Of a stretch of 29,271 bases of DNA, positions 10,502 to 23,119 are shown piece by piece (within the stretch, counting starts at the first letter, position 1; every line of letters starts with the position of its first letter). Position numbers and translations under genes: made by a program. Under the pieces are notes generated by a model, which saw nothing but the letters and a program-made list of their open reading frames with translations, made no database searches and was not told where the DNA came from. Location: positions 1 through 29,271 of the forward strand of contig BAAFSQ010000118.1 of NCBI GenBank assembly GCA_054661495.1, given 5' to 3'. The DNA comes from Zygophlyctis sp. KS116. Its lineage: Eukaryota > Fungi > Chytridiomycota.

Positions 10502-12452
10502 TCAAGTAAAGTTGGTTTGCGGACCAAAGGTGACGACTCGTTTCACAGGCTGCGCATTTGAGACATTATTCATAGCAGCGCCAATCGCCCCTTGAAATAT
10601 TGAGCCACTGGCTGATTTAGGAACAGGTCTCAGTAGTGAGATGTGCCGGGGAGAATTCATAACTGTTGATAAACTACTACGTGAAGCTGTTCCTGCGATT
10701 GACAAGTTTGAGTTTTTGGATTTTGGTGCCTGATATTTGAGTTGATTTTTGAGAGGTGCAGGTTTATTCTCTTCCTTACTCTTATTTCTATTATGAGCTT
10801 TAAAGAATATTTTTTCTTGTTTTTTTGAGGGGGTTGTAGACTTTTTCTCAATCGGTTGTTTCTTTGGCAGCTGCTTTACTTTCTTTTCAGTAGCAAAGGT
10901 TTTAGCCTTCTTCTTTTGAGGAGCTATTGTAATAGATTCCTTTCTCTTGGAAACAGAACTTGAAGAAACCAGTGTTGTATCAGATGGCGCTCTACTTCTA
11001 ACATCAATAAATATACAATCAAACCTTTCAATAGGCTCTGGTTTCCATGATACAGTTATAATCAATCTTTTTCTAGCAGATTCTGGCTTTAATATTTCCT
11101 AATTAATTAACAAAAATGATAGTACTCTTGACATATTCAAAATGTTTTGTGCTGCACGATACTGTTTTTTCAGTTTTTTCAAATTCTATTGATTAAAAAG
11201 AAGATTAATACATTTAATTCAGCGGCAGACTTCAGAGCAATATTTTCCAACTCACGTATTTTTCTAGAAATCTCATCTCTGATTACCTGAGAAGATGAAA
11301 AAATCTGACGAAGAGCCATATAAAACTCTTCATTCATTGAATATCTACTGGGGCAACCACAAACGACCTTATATATGCAATATACAATGGGCTCTGATAA
11401 TTAAAGAGTTAAATATAGTATACCAGCCATCAAAAATCCAGTTTTATCCAATAGATTCCCTAATCCAGTTGAATAAAAATTCTAAAATTAGATTCTAATA
11501 GTTACCATTATCAATTCCGGAAATAATTCAATATACTTTCCTTCCATCTTTTGATATCCAATCAAGTCTGCAAAAAGCATCAATATATGTAGATGATAGA
11601 GTGTAGCTTCATTTACATCTTTTAAAGATGCAGAATTCCAAATGCCATTTAACCATTCTAAAAAGCCTGTACTTGAAACACCTTCCTAATTGTAAAATAC
11701 CTAATCAAATACCTTGAAAAATCCAAGACAAGAATTTGCCCTTTGTAAGATTTCTTTTGAATCACTAGTAGAATGAGAATTCGTAGTTATTTTTTCAACC
11801 ATTTTCTCCTTGACTTGTAGATTGAGACTTTCAGAAAATGTATTTGTGATAAATTTGAAGAGTTTTAAATTCTGTTCTGCACTATATTCAATTGTATCCA
11901 TACTCTACAAGATAAATTTTTTTAAATTATGTTTACTTTTAAAAACTTGTCAATAATTCCACTTGATACTTGTCCAATGGCTTCTTTTGGAAAATTTAAG
12001 ATTAGAAAATCAATAGCCCGATCTCTTACATCTGGATTATGAAGAATTTGATGAAAAAACGCGTCAACAGTTTCTAGAGTGTATTCTTCCAACACTCTTT
12101 TCAAAGATGCCTTTACAACTGCTAATTCATCATCATATTCTGATTGCATAAATTGCCATAAAACATCAGCAATTCTAGATGCAAAAGAGTTTGCCATTAT
12201 AGGTAAATGTTTTATGGCTTCCTTTCTAACTGAAATATCATCATCTTCACACAAGTCCCATTGAGTATTTAAAGCCTTTTCCTGAGCTTGTGGAAAATAT
12301 TTAAATTCCTGGGGAATGATTTTACACAAATAAAACTTTAGTTTCTGTACTGAAGCTAATTCTAGCAATTTAAGATAATTTTCCTCTTGCTTGTCCTGTA
12401 AGAGGGCAGTAGAAGCATCATAGAAAGAGTCTAATTCTTGATCTTTTTGCAT
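10502..12452 (-). CDS. Apoptosis inhibitor 5 (API5/AAC-11)-like HEAT/ARM protein with basic disordered tail, ~585 aa
   Basis: IPQEFKYFP, DLCEDDDISVRKEAIKHLP, RIADVLWQFMQSE, and later ITVSWK. Introns 11905-11936 (32), 11686-11712 (27), 11482-11505 (24), 11394-11423 (30), 11186-11211 (26), 11099-11125 (27), 10998-11024 (27, least certain) join three ORF-track fragments into one frame. Confidence 0.85.
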
Positions 12453-12536
12453 TCAAAAACTCAAATTTAACTTTTATAGGTTTGTTTCTATTTCTAGGTG
12501 AAAATGTTTGAAAACTTTTAATTCATTTATTGAAAC

Positions 12537-12823
12537 TTAAGAAGTCTCTGTAGAGCCAACACTATTTTTTATATTTAATAAAAATACCTTTCCTCTACTA
12601 CATTTTCCTGAGCTGCAGCAGCCATAGATTCTAGAAAAAGTTTGTTTTCAGCCTTTATTTCTTCCAAAACTTGAGCATTATAAGTTTCAAATTTCTTAAA
12701 AGCTGGAACATGGAATCCATACCACCAGATATAGCCAAAAAAGGTTCCTACAATTGAAGAAGCAAATATGTCACGATAGATCCTAGACTTGAAACGACCG
12801 GTGATGGGTGCGATGGCAGACAT
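12537..12823 (-). CDS. COX9: Cytochrome c oxidase subunit Cox9 (fungal VIIa), ~86 aa
   Basis: AIAPITG...RIYRDI...GYIWWYGFH matches fungal Cox9. Terminal intron 12562-12587 (26 nt). Confidence 0.88.
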
Positions 12824-13004
12824 TCGCGATGAGTTAGGGCTGCAAACCTAGATACCCTCAATTATCTATAATAACTACTCATATCTAATTAGAACTATTA
12901 AGAGATTTTATATTGATACAGTGGTATGCAGAGTAAGAAACCTCAATAATTCAAAGAAAACATTCACTGTAAAATCAGTATTTAGGTCTCGGTGGAGGTT
13001 GGAA

Positions 13005-14210
13005 ATGTTTTTGATTTTGACAGAGGCAGGAAAACCAGTTTATTCCTCATCTCAGAGCCAGAAAACTCCTGAATTTTGTGGAGTTTTAGCTACTGTTTTT
13101 GAATATTTTCTTCAGCAAGATTCAAAAATAATTTCTTTTGGCGGGAAAAGGGATAAATTCGTATTCTTAAAGAGAAATTCCTTGATTTTTACAATTTTCA
13201 CAAAAACAGACGAAGCGGTGGGTAGAAATTATTTAAAACTCTTGTCAGATCTCTTAATTTCACATTTCACAAACTATTCTCTCAAGAGGATTTTGGAGGA
13301 AAGGCCAAATTATGATTTATCTCATGCCGTGTCCGGAATTAAAGGTTTTATTGAAAATTCTCTTGGATCTATGCAGAGTCTGCTAAGACTTGAAGATGTA
13401 CTACCAGTACTAAAAGTACCAAAGGCTATTAGAGAATCTATTAAATCCGTGTTTGCTCAAACTAAAGCAAAATGTATTTTATTCTCAATGCTGTTTTCGG
13501 ATCGAAAAATTATAATGACAAAAAGGCAAAAAAATTCAATCTTGTATCCATCAGACTTGATACTGGTTTTAGAAAATATTTCAGTTGCAAGTAGTCAGGC
13601 AATAGAAGATGTACAATTATGGATGCCAATATGTTTGCCAAAATTTGATAAAAATAGATTCTTGTATTTGTATGGGGTTTTCCTTAATAGGAAACTAGGA
13701 TTAGCATGTCTCTCGCAAGACAAGGAAGGTTTTTTAAATTGCTCGAGATTTTCAAAAGAAATCATTCAGAAACTTTCTCATTTAAAAGAAATGAAAGATT
13801 TGGCTGAATCTATACGTTCAGATTCGTTTCACTTGGGTAAGTTTAATCAATTAATAAAAGTGGAAATTGGGATTCCTGGTCTTTTGCATTTTGCATTCAA
13901 ATCTAAGCAGTTTTATCAATTAGTGATGCCTAAAAACAGTCCTCCTTATTCTTACAAACATGATTGGAAACGCTTACTGTTAAAATATCAGAGTTTGTGC
14001 ATAAAATTACAGCATACAGGGGTAAATTGGGTGTTTCAGAGATGGGAAAATGAAGCTATTTTGGCTTCACAAACTTCAACTCATGAGATATATATAGTTT
14101 TAGGACCCTTGGCTACATTAGAAGTCGCATTAGATGTTCATTCTAGGCTTTTATCATGGTTAAAATTGGAACATGATTCACTTTTTCTCACTTCAAGTCC
14201 GGTTTTTTAA
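13005..14210 (+). CDS. MON1: Vacuolar fusion protein Mon1 (Mon1-Ccz1 Rab7/Ypt7 GEF subunit), ~393 aa
   Basis: FLILTEAGKPVYS, RPNYDL, LYPSDL, WMPICLPKFD...FLY, LLHFAFKSK. Probable in-frame intron 13837-13860 (24 nt). Start uncertain (frame open from 12921). Confidence 0.9.
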   Translation: MFLILTEAGKPVYSSSQSQKTPEFCGVLATVFEYFLQQDSKIISFGGKRDKFVFLKRNSLIFTIFTKTDEAVGRNYLKLLSDLLISHFTNYSLKRILEERPNYDLSHAVSGIKGFIENSLGSMQSLLRLEDVLPVLKVPKAIRESIKSVFAQTKAKCILFSMLFSDRKIIMTKRQKNSILYPSDLILVLENISVASSQAIEDVQLWMPICLPKFDKNRFLYLYGVFLNRKLGLACLSQDKEGFLNCSRFSKEIIQKLSHLKEMKDLAESIRSDSFHLGKFNQLIKVEIGIPGLLHFAFKSKQFYQLVMPKNSPPYSYKHDWKRLLLKYQSLCIKLQHTGVNWVFQRWENEAILASQTSTHEIYIVLGPLATLEVALDVHSRLLSWLKLEHDSLFLTSSPVF

Positions 14211-14273
14211 AAATAGAAATTGTAATATGTCTAGAAATTTCTTGTCTATGGCGATCTATTATTAATTCATCTA

Positions 14274-14893
14274 TTAAGCAGATGATGCACCTTCAGTATG
14301 TAACGTTCCATATCCAAAACCCTTTGGACCAAAATTTCTACCATAGCAGCCTTTACAAAACAATTTAAGATCCTTTTCTGTTTCAGTCCCAGGACTCATT
14401 GTTTTGCTACAATCCGAACATTTGAAACACAGTTTATGATAAAGTACTCCTTTTGGTCCCCGAACCTTGTTATTATGATTTAAGCATTTACCTGTTCAGC
14501 AAAATAAACAGTCTTTGAGCACGATGGACATACATTTCCTGCAGGAATCGAAAATTTCTTGGGCGATTGAGAAGAGACTGAAGGAGATCCAATATTTTCT
14601 AGGGATGATCTCGATGATGTTGATGTAGGAGCAGTTGTCGCAATTGGACTGGTTGAATTAACCGTTTGAAATATTCCATTCCCATATCCAACTGGACCGA
14701 ATGCTTTTTGATAGCAACTTTTGCAATACAGATTTCCTGAATTTTCATTGACTGTTGAAGTTTCCAATCGTTTTGAGCAAGTAGTGCAAGTTAGGCAGGA
14801 CTTGTGATAAACACCTCCAGGACCATGCACTTTCTCAGTAAAGTATGCTGCCTTGCCACATTTTACACATTTAGGAGCTCCACCAAGTTGCAT
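14274..14893 (-). CDS. Two-LIM-domain cysteine/glycine-rich protein (CSRP/CRIP-like), ~197 aa
   Basis: GGAPKCVKCGKAAYFTE...YHKSCLTCTTC...YCKSCYQKAFGPVGYG. Second LIM CPSCSKTVYFAEQ|VRGP...YHKLCFKCSDC...FCKGCYGRNFGPKGFGYG after intron 14466-14491 (26 nt). Confidence 0.92.
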
Positions 14894-14986
14894 TTTCAGG
14901 ACAAGGGGTAAAGTTTGTTTTCTTAGAGGCTATTTTTAGTCATTGTCCAAAAATAGTTGAGGCGATTGGTCAATATTAGTGCATTT

Positions 14987-16071
<1,085 letters not shown>

Positions 16072-16185
16072 TAAGATGTTTTTAATCAATCGTGAAATTT
16101 TAAAATACTTGGGGCTGTGTGAAATTTCGGCGCAAAGGAGAATTTAAAGTCTTTGTGTCTATAAAATATTTTAAATTTTACATTT

Positions 16186-16587
16186 ATGAAAATATCAAGA
16201 GTCTCTGAACCTTGTACTTTGGAATCTACTCTCAAGAATGAATCCAAAAACTATTCTCGTATTTTTGTATTCTTTTTTGGCGCAGAGCTAGAAGAGACTG
16301 GAGAAAGTTGGTGTCCGGATTGCATTATTGCTGATCCAAAAGTCCGTCAATGGATCTCTAAAATCCCTAATTCTTTACTAGGTAATTTAACCTCTTTTTA
16401 ATCTCTAGTTGAAGCTCCAGTAAAAAAGTCTGAATACTCTAAAAACCCAGACTATTTCTATAGAACTCATCCTACTTTTTCTCTTAAATGGATTCCTACT
16501 CTAATAGAATTGGACACTGAAGGCTCCAAAATTCTTAAAAAAATTGAAGACATGGAAGATGAAGATTTAGAAAAGTTTATTAACTAA
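16186..16587 (+). CDS. Thioredoxin-like protein TXNDC17/TRP14 family (DUF953), ~124 aa
   Basis: GESWCPDC active site; after intron 16382-16408 (27 nt), FYRTHPTFSLKWIPTLI (cis-Pro loop). Confidence 0.9.
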
Positions 16588-16601
16588 TTCTCTAATTGAG
16601 T

Positions 16602-16921
16602 CTATTCAGCAGCTTTCTCTTCAGCCTAAATATTAAAATTTCAAATAAAAAAATTACAATCGCACGAGTATAAATCAACTGAGATCCATGAGTAGAAACA
16701 ACTTTAATCAATCCTTTAGAGACTAAATCTCTGATCGCTAGTCTGGCTAAAGATCCATTAATTCTTAAACGATCAACTAAAACAGAAGGAGAAATGAGTT
16801 TGTAAGTAGGAACTTCCTTGATCAGTTTCTCATATGTAGCCTTGTCAAAAACAACTGCATTATTTGCCTTGTCTTTTACTTTTCCTTTGGACCACTTCTT
16901 CTTCTTTTGTGGGTTCACCAT
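16602..16921 (-). CDS. RPS25: 40S ribosomal protein eS25, ~95 aa
   Basis: [17 protein letters not shown]...[26 protein letters not shown]...QLIYTRA. ATG 16921; intron 16626-16657 (32 nt) gives C-terminus AEEKAAE*. Confidence 0.96.
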
Positions 16922-17021
16922 TTTATTTTTAGAATTCCTAGCTCTAGTCTGTGGCGAACACTGCATTGTGACCAGTAACCTCGGCCTGTCATTAAAGCTA
17001 AAACTAGAATCAGTCCTGAGA

Positions 17022-18116
17022 ATGACTTTTACAGTTCCACAAAAGACAATCTTGACAACGTTGGACTTGGAAAACTTTCAGACTTGTGAAGCAAAAAAAC
17101 AACTTTTAGAGTTTATTCTAAATTTGGCAAATTCAGTCTCGGATAAAACACTTTTAGACAATGTAGAGATTTCTACGGCATCGCAAGAATTGATGAATTT
17201 GCTACTAAAACTGAAAGAAATAATTTCTCTAAATCCACCAGTCATGCAAAAGTCTCGATATGGTAATTTCTTTTTTAATATTATTAGGAAATCCTTCTTT
17301 TGCTGATTGGTTTAAAGCTATGACATCAGAGTTGCCTCTACTCCTTGCAAAAGTTGTACCTTTGGATGCTATTCCTGAACTTTCGACTTATCTGATGCAT
17401 TCTTTTGGGGATGTGAAAAGAATAGATTATGGGACGGGTCATGAGGCTCATTTCATTATATTTCTCTACTGTCTAAATAAACTCAAGATTGTAAATGAAG
17501 CAGATTATCCTGGATTAGTCTTGCATGTATTTTGGGAATATATAAAACTAATGAGGGAATTGGAAGTTACTTATTGGTTGGAACCTGCTGGATCTCATGG
17601 TGTATGGGGATTGGATGATTTTCATTTTATGCCATTTTTATTTGGGTCTTTTCAATTATCTTTGCACAAGTATTTAAAGCCAAAGAGCATTCATAATGCA
17701 GAGATTTTACAAGAATTTTCAAAATATTACATGTACTTTTCTTGTATAGAGTTTGTAAATCAGGTATCTACTTTTAGGATTTAACTGAAAAGGCTAAAGC
17801 TGGAGCAAGTTTGAAATGGCATTCACCAATGTTAAATGATATTTCAGGAGCCAAATCTTGGCAAAAAATAGCTAATGGGATGATTAAAATGTACGAGGTG
17901 GAAGTTTTGGGAAAACTGCCTATAATGCAGCATATGCTTTTTGGATCATTGTTTTCTTTTTCAGGTTCTGATCCTTTGCTATTTAGACAAGGTGAGGATG
18001 GGCATGTCCATGCTTTTGGTCAAGAATTCCCGGGATGTTGTGGGATTAGAGTCCCGTCTGCTGTTGCTGCGACTATTTCCACGGGAACTTTTAGAAAGCC
18101 ATTGCCTTTTGATTAA
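17022..18116 (+). CDS. RRD2: PP2A phosphatase activator PTPA, Rrd2-like, ~346 aa
   Basis: SRYG|[63 protein letters not shown]. Introns 17263-17287 (25) and 17764-17792 (29). Rrd2 rather than Rrd1 assigned from recalled motifs. Confidence 0.92.
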
Positions 18117-18226
18117 TGATTGGATTCAAATCGGATATTGTTCTTAGAATAAAATGATTGTATTCAAATATTAATGTAGAAAGTTTTAGTTTTGTGCTTC
18201 ACCTCTAAAGATTAATATCTTTAACA

Positions 18227-19788
18227 TTAAATAGATAGATTCATAGGTTTTATAACACATTCATCATGGACTATACGGAGAGCCAAATCACCTTGACTCT
18301 GCTCTATCACACATGATATATTTATTTCGCTAGCCCCTGATATTAAAAAATTAAAATACCTTGGGAGATCATATGAATGTTGACTGAATTTCGTGCCAAT
18401 ACATTAAACATTTTTGAAGCGATACCCACAGAGCGTTTCATATCCTTACCGACAAGAGACAGAATAGCAAGATCTCTTGAAACATCAACCAAACCGTAAA
18501 GCGACAGTTCATTAATAGCCCGCTCCAAAGGATTTGCAGTTAGAATGTTTGTCGTTATAGCCATAGAGATCTGTACTTGCGAAGTAGAAATAAGATCTAC
18601 AACAATCCCATTAGCATCAAGAATGGAAAATATTTTTTCAAAAAATCCATGTGAGACCGATTTACGATTCGAAATGACATTTAAAACTATAACACCTTCT
18701 TTTAGTGTTGCAGCAGTAGGATGTTTAGACTGCGTATCTATAACTGCAACTTGCGAATCAACCTATTTTTCATTATTTTTGAGCGTACTTACAGATGGTG
18801 AATGATAACCGGTAGGAATAATCACAGACCCACGTCCAGCAGGGTTAAATGTATTCTTAATCCTAATAGGTATACTAGCACGTATCACCTGATCCATAGT
18901 GAATGGATGAATCACTTCGGACCCATAATAAGTCAATTCAGCAGTTTCTTCTGGAGATAAATGAGTTAATAAGCGTGCAGACTCAACTTTACGTGGATCA
19001 GCAGAAAATACCCCATCCACTTCCTTCCATATCTGTAATTCAGATGCTTTTACAGCTACAGATATCAAAGCCGCAGTCAAATCCGTATAACCTCTACCTA
19101 TAGTTTTTAAAACGGAACCTGGAATAGGCCCTATAGTAAAAATCATTTAAAATTACCTAAAAACCCAGTTACTACAGGCACAATCACACCATTTGATTCA
19201 TGCTGAAATAATTCTGATAATTCCTTTATAAGATAATCATAGAATTTTTGATCTAGACTCTTTAAACTCCAGCTTTTGTCCTTGACAAGATTATCCAAAC
19301 ATATGTATTTAGCATTAATCCCACGATCCAACAGTATTGCCGTGACTATTCTCGCAGATAATTTTTCTCCAGTCGAAATAATAATATCCCTAGATCTTGG
19401 TGAAATCTCATCTATAATTTCAGCAGCTGCTAGAAAAGATCTTAGTTTTTCAATTTCAATCTGAATTTGAGAAGACACGGTCCTTTTTAGATCTGGATTA
19501 GATATAACACTATACACCAATTCCAAATGAAAATCTCTCAATGAATCCATAATATCCAGATATTTTTGAGAATTCGGTACCAGAACATGCTTTGCCGCTT
19601 CTAATAATTGTGAAGTGGTTCCAAGTGATTTTTTTGAATTTGAAGTCGCAGAAACGACAATAATCACATCGCTAGTCTGCAATGTTTCTCTTAAATTTAG
19701 GAATAAAAATATACTTTATGATATCGCTGACTAAAGATAAACGTTCTGCAGTTCCGAGAGAGGTGCCACCAAACTTTAAGATTTGCAT
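18227..19788 (-). CDS. HOM3: Aspartate kinase with two C-terminal ACT domains, ~485 aa
   Basis: LKFGGTS, GEKLSA, IGRGYTDLTAA, WKEVDGVFSADPR, ELTYYGSEVIHPFTMDQ, MISQG|ASEINISCVI. Introns 19690-19714 (25), 19131-19156 (26), 18763-18792 (30), 18337-18359 (23). Confidence 0.96.
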
Positions 19789-19845
19789 AAAAACAACTGA
19801 AAATTATAAGCTAATAAGCGGAAATAAGTCGAATAAGACTCAAAA

Positions 19846-20134
19846 ATGGATTTCAACTCACTCAATGATACCATCAACAATTTCTCTGATAAAGACAAGG
19901 AAAAGTTGATTGCAGCAGTCCAGGAAAATCAAGCAAAGATTGAAATTCAAGGAATGATCTCTTCTTTACTTGATGATCATTGTTTTGATCAATGCATCAA
20001 GAATACAAAATCACTCACTAGTTCTGAAAAAGGTAGCATTTCATATTTTTTAATAGACAGAGTGTTTGTCCAATTGCGCTTCTAGATTTTTAGACGTTAA
20101 CACATTAATTTCTGACCATTTTAATAAATCATAA
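19846..20134 (+). CDS. TIM8: Mitochondrial intermembrane small Tim chaperone, Tim8-like, ~86 aa
   Basis: Twin CX3C motif CFDQC...SEK|ECLSNCASRFLDVN restored by intron 20033-20060 (28 nt). Confidence 0.85.
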
Positions 20135-20930
20135 TCTCAGTACTGTTCAAGAATTTCAATCTGTAACATTTCTATTTTCAACCATTTTTAAAAGTGATTG
20201 ACATCTCTACTCGGCAGAGTATAAAGTTGGGTTCTTTCAGTCTTTCTAAGGAGATGAGATTGACAAATCACCATACCGAAGCGACTTTGAAGTTGTATTT
20301 TGGTCCACATATCGGGGAGACTATAGTCCTTCCAAGATTGATGTACATTATTTGGAATATGATGCAAAGTTTGTTTTATTTTTAGCCAGTAACCCAGTTC
20401 TAGGAGGACAAGAGGATAAATCCAATGATGCTGCAAAACAAGTAATATTGCGATTGTTAAGGTGAGAAATCTAAAAAGTCGGTTGGCCAGAAAAGTCATT
20501 TCCGATGGTTAAAAACATCGCACGGGTCTAATTATAAATGATTATGGCAGTCCTTGAAGTTTGATACTTCCTAGACAATAAGCACTTGTATCAACTTCAA
20601 TAAACTACGAATAGAGATTGTCAATATTCATGACCATGTGCGTGCTCACTATTAATTATTAAGTTGCGATCGGTATCAATTGATACATTATATATAGCCT
20701 GGGGTACCATAATATCAATCGCGATTTTTTGAGTTAACTAGTGAATAGCCTGATCTTATTTAAATACATTTCGTTGCCTGGCGAAAAATTCGAGCTTTAA
20801 GTGTCCCAGATTTGTCCCATATTTGTCTAATGTATTTTTTCATAAGAATTTTACACATCCTCTGGTCAATGTGATCATAAAGCACAAAATTTCAGTGCGT
20901 GTGGTATAATCCTTTAAATAATTGACTTTG

Positions 20931-22842
20931 ATGAACAGGATAGATATTCCTGCAGAGATAAAGGTCGGACTTGTTATTGGAAAGAATGGTGCAGTATGCA
21001 AGAGTATTAGAGATCAATTTAACGTGAAAATGTTTGTAGACATTCCTAATCATTGCGTCAAGCTGAATGGTTCCCCTCAAAATGTTGCCCAGGCCCAAAG
21101 AGAGTTGCTGAAGATGTTTCAAAATTTTTCGCTGAAAGGATCCTCGACTTACAGTCATGCAAAGTTTTTTGCAACTGCCTTAAAGGATGCCCAGGGTAGC
21201 TGCTGGAAATTTATGTTTTAGTTGCAGCTCCCCTTGATAATGCAGATCAATCGTTAAACGATGTCGCAATTTCTCCGAGAAGAAATCCTTGGATTTGCAA
21301 TTTTGATCAAGTGAACATTTTAAATCTTGTCGAAAAGGTGAAGAAAGAGATCGATCCAAAAGCTAGCGACGAAAATATCAAGGTAAAAATGGTTCTTGGA
21401 ATGGCTCGTTTCAAATTGTTTTCCGCTACGGAAAACCAGTTATACTCTTATCAGCAGCTACACAATATGATTATTGGAGAGCATATGAAGTTTGGATGGA
21501 GCGGTATACTGAATCCTAAGAGTACTCTCGCCCTTAACCTGTTGACTCGTTTGATAACCGAATCAGATCATAATGACGAAACATATGTTCTCAAGATACA
21601 TCTATCTAATCCAAAGCTCTGTGAATCATACACTTTAAAGTACCATTATGACAAAGTCAGTAAAAAATGGATTCTCAAAGAAAATTATTGCCACAGAAAT
21701 ATGCATGCTTTGTTCTCTTTCCGCATAGATGATTACACTTGGATCCGTACCAGATTCTTTTCTCGGCAAAAAGGCGACTCCGATGCTAAACTTATCGCTG
21801 AAAAATATTTGCTTCTTCCAGATTTTAATGAAAAGAGTGCACAAGTAAAACTTACAGATCAAGGTGTTGCTGTGGGGCTTCGAATTGAGGAAACCGTTTT
21901 GAAAAGTAAGAAGCACGTGGAACTCTTCGGTATCCGATTTTCTCTTTATTATTACAAGGGAATAAATAATCAAGGTATATAGATTTAGATATTTAAATTT
22001 TAGAGAGTCCTGCTGGAATTCCGAGCATAGAGGCTCGTTTGGCTAAGCCGCTCTCTTCGCCATCTGAAACATTTCAATCTCTAATGGGGAAATTTTCAAC
22101 ATTATTTGAAATTTTTCCAAGACCATCTATTGAAGTTAAAGACATCGATCAGCCACTTTCCAAATCATGTATGATTTGCTTTGATAATTTTGCTCATGAT
22201 TCCAACGAAGAGGTCGGGGAGGATCATGGTGTAGTTTGTGGAAGAGGCCATACAGTTTGTTTTGAATGTTTTGAGTCGTATCTCGAAACGGAATTTGCAA
22301 AGGAAGTTGCAAATCACTATGAAAGAAAAGGGAAAATTATATGCCCATATCCTGATTGCAAAATAGTCTATACTGCCCTTCAGATTGTCCGTTGCGGGGA
22401 GCATATTGCTGCTCAATGGCTTAAAGTATTCCATCGAATTGGTGAATTGGAGGGAGTCAACTCTATTCGACATGCTTATGCTGGTGTGTTTCAAGATCTT
22501 CGTAATAGAGTTCACGATGCATTGAATCTTTCGTGTCCGAAATGCCAAGCCGTATTTATTGATTACGATGGATGCGATGCAGTCAAGTGTAATGTTTGTG
22601 CTCAATTCTTTTGTGGTCTATGTCTGCAGGCATGCCTTGACTCTTCTGACGCTCATAAGCATGCATCCTCTTGTGGTAAAAATTCTGGCTACTTTAGTGG
22701 ACCCGAGATAAAGGAAGAAATGCATTTGAAAGTTAAACAGGAAAAAGTCAAGTTGATATTAAAGTCTATTACAAATGAAGAAAAGGCTTGGGTCATGAAG
22801 ACATTCGGAACGCTTTTTATGAAAGAGGGAATAAAAATTTAG
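20931..22842 (+). CDS. KH domain + uncharacterised middle domain + RING + Rcat/IBR-like domain protein (RBR-like E3 ligase candidate), ~618 aa
   Basis: KH: IPAEIKVGLVIGKNG...VKLNGSPQNVAQA. C3HC4 RING: CMIC...CGRGHTVCFEC...CPYPDC. Rcat-like: CPKC...DGCDAVKCNVC...FCGLC...AHKH...C. Introns 21196-21221 (26 nt) and 21975-22003 (29 nt) fuse three ORFs in frame. Confidence 0.8.
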
Positions 22843-23119
22843 CGTGATGCTCAAGATGCTTAGCGATTTCTTTCATGTTTAGAATTGGATACCTGAGAAT
22901 TTTGTATCGCTATAGATCATCGCATACCTTCTCCTCTGAATTAAATTCCCTGATCAAGAATACTTTGAAAAATCTATTAATTACGATTAATAATACAAAA
23001 TAAATCAGGCTATACGGAGTATTACAAACAATAAACAAAAATACTTTCAAAGAAAATAAATGATCTTTTATAATACTAAAATTAATTTCGTCCAATTCCA
23101 TTTGCAAATTGATTCAGTT

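Noticed and set aside
16818-17021. Upstream parts of ORFs 16818..17306 (+) and 16592..16966 (-)
   Set aside because: Antisense or UTR read-through; the likely starts are 17022 (RRD2) and 16921 (RPS25).
20188-20499. 103-aa minus-strand ORF with a hydrophobic N-terminus
   Set aside because: No recognisable motif; overlaps a relic-like plus-strand frame; cannot be supported as a gene.
21635-22605. Antisense ORFs of 112 and 146 aa
   Set aside because: Shadows of the KH-RING gene with no independent features.
22910-23107. 65-aa minus-strand ORF
   Set aside because: Low-complexity AT-rich sequence with no motif.
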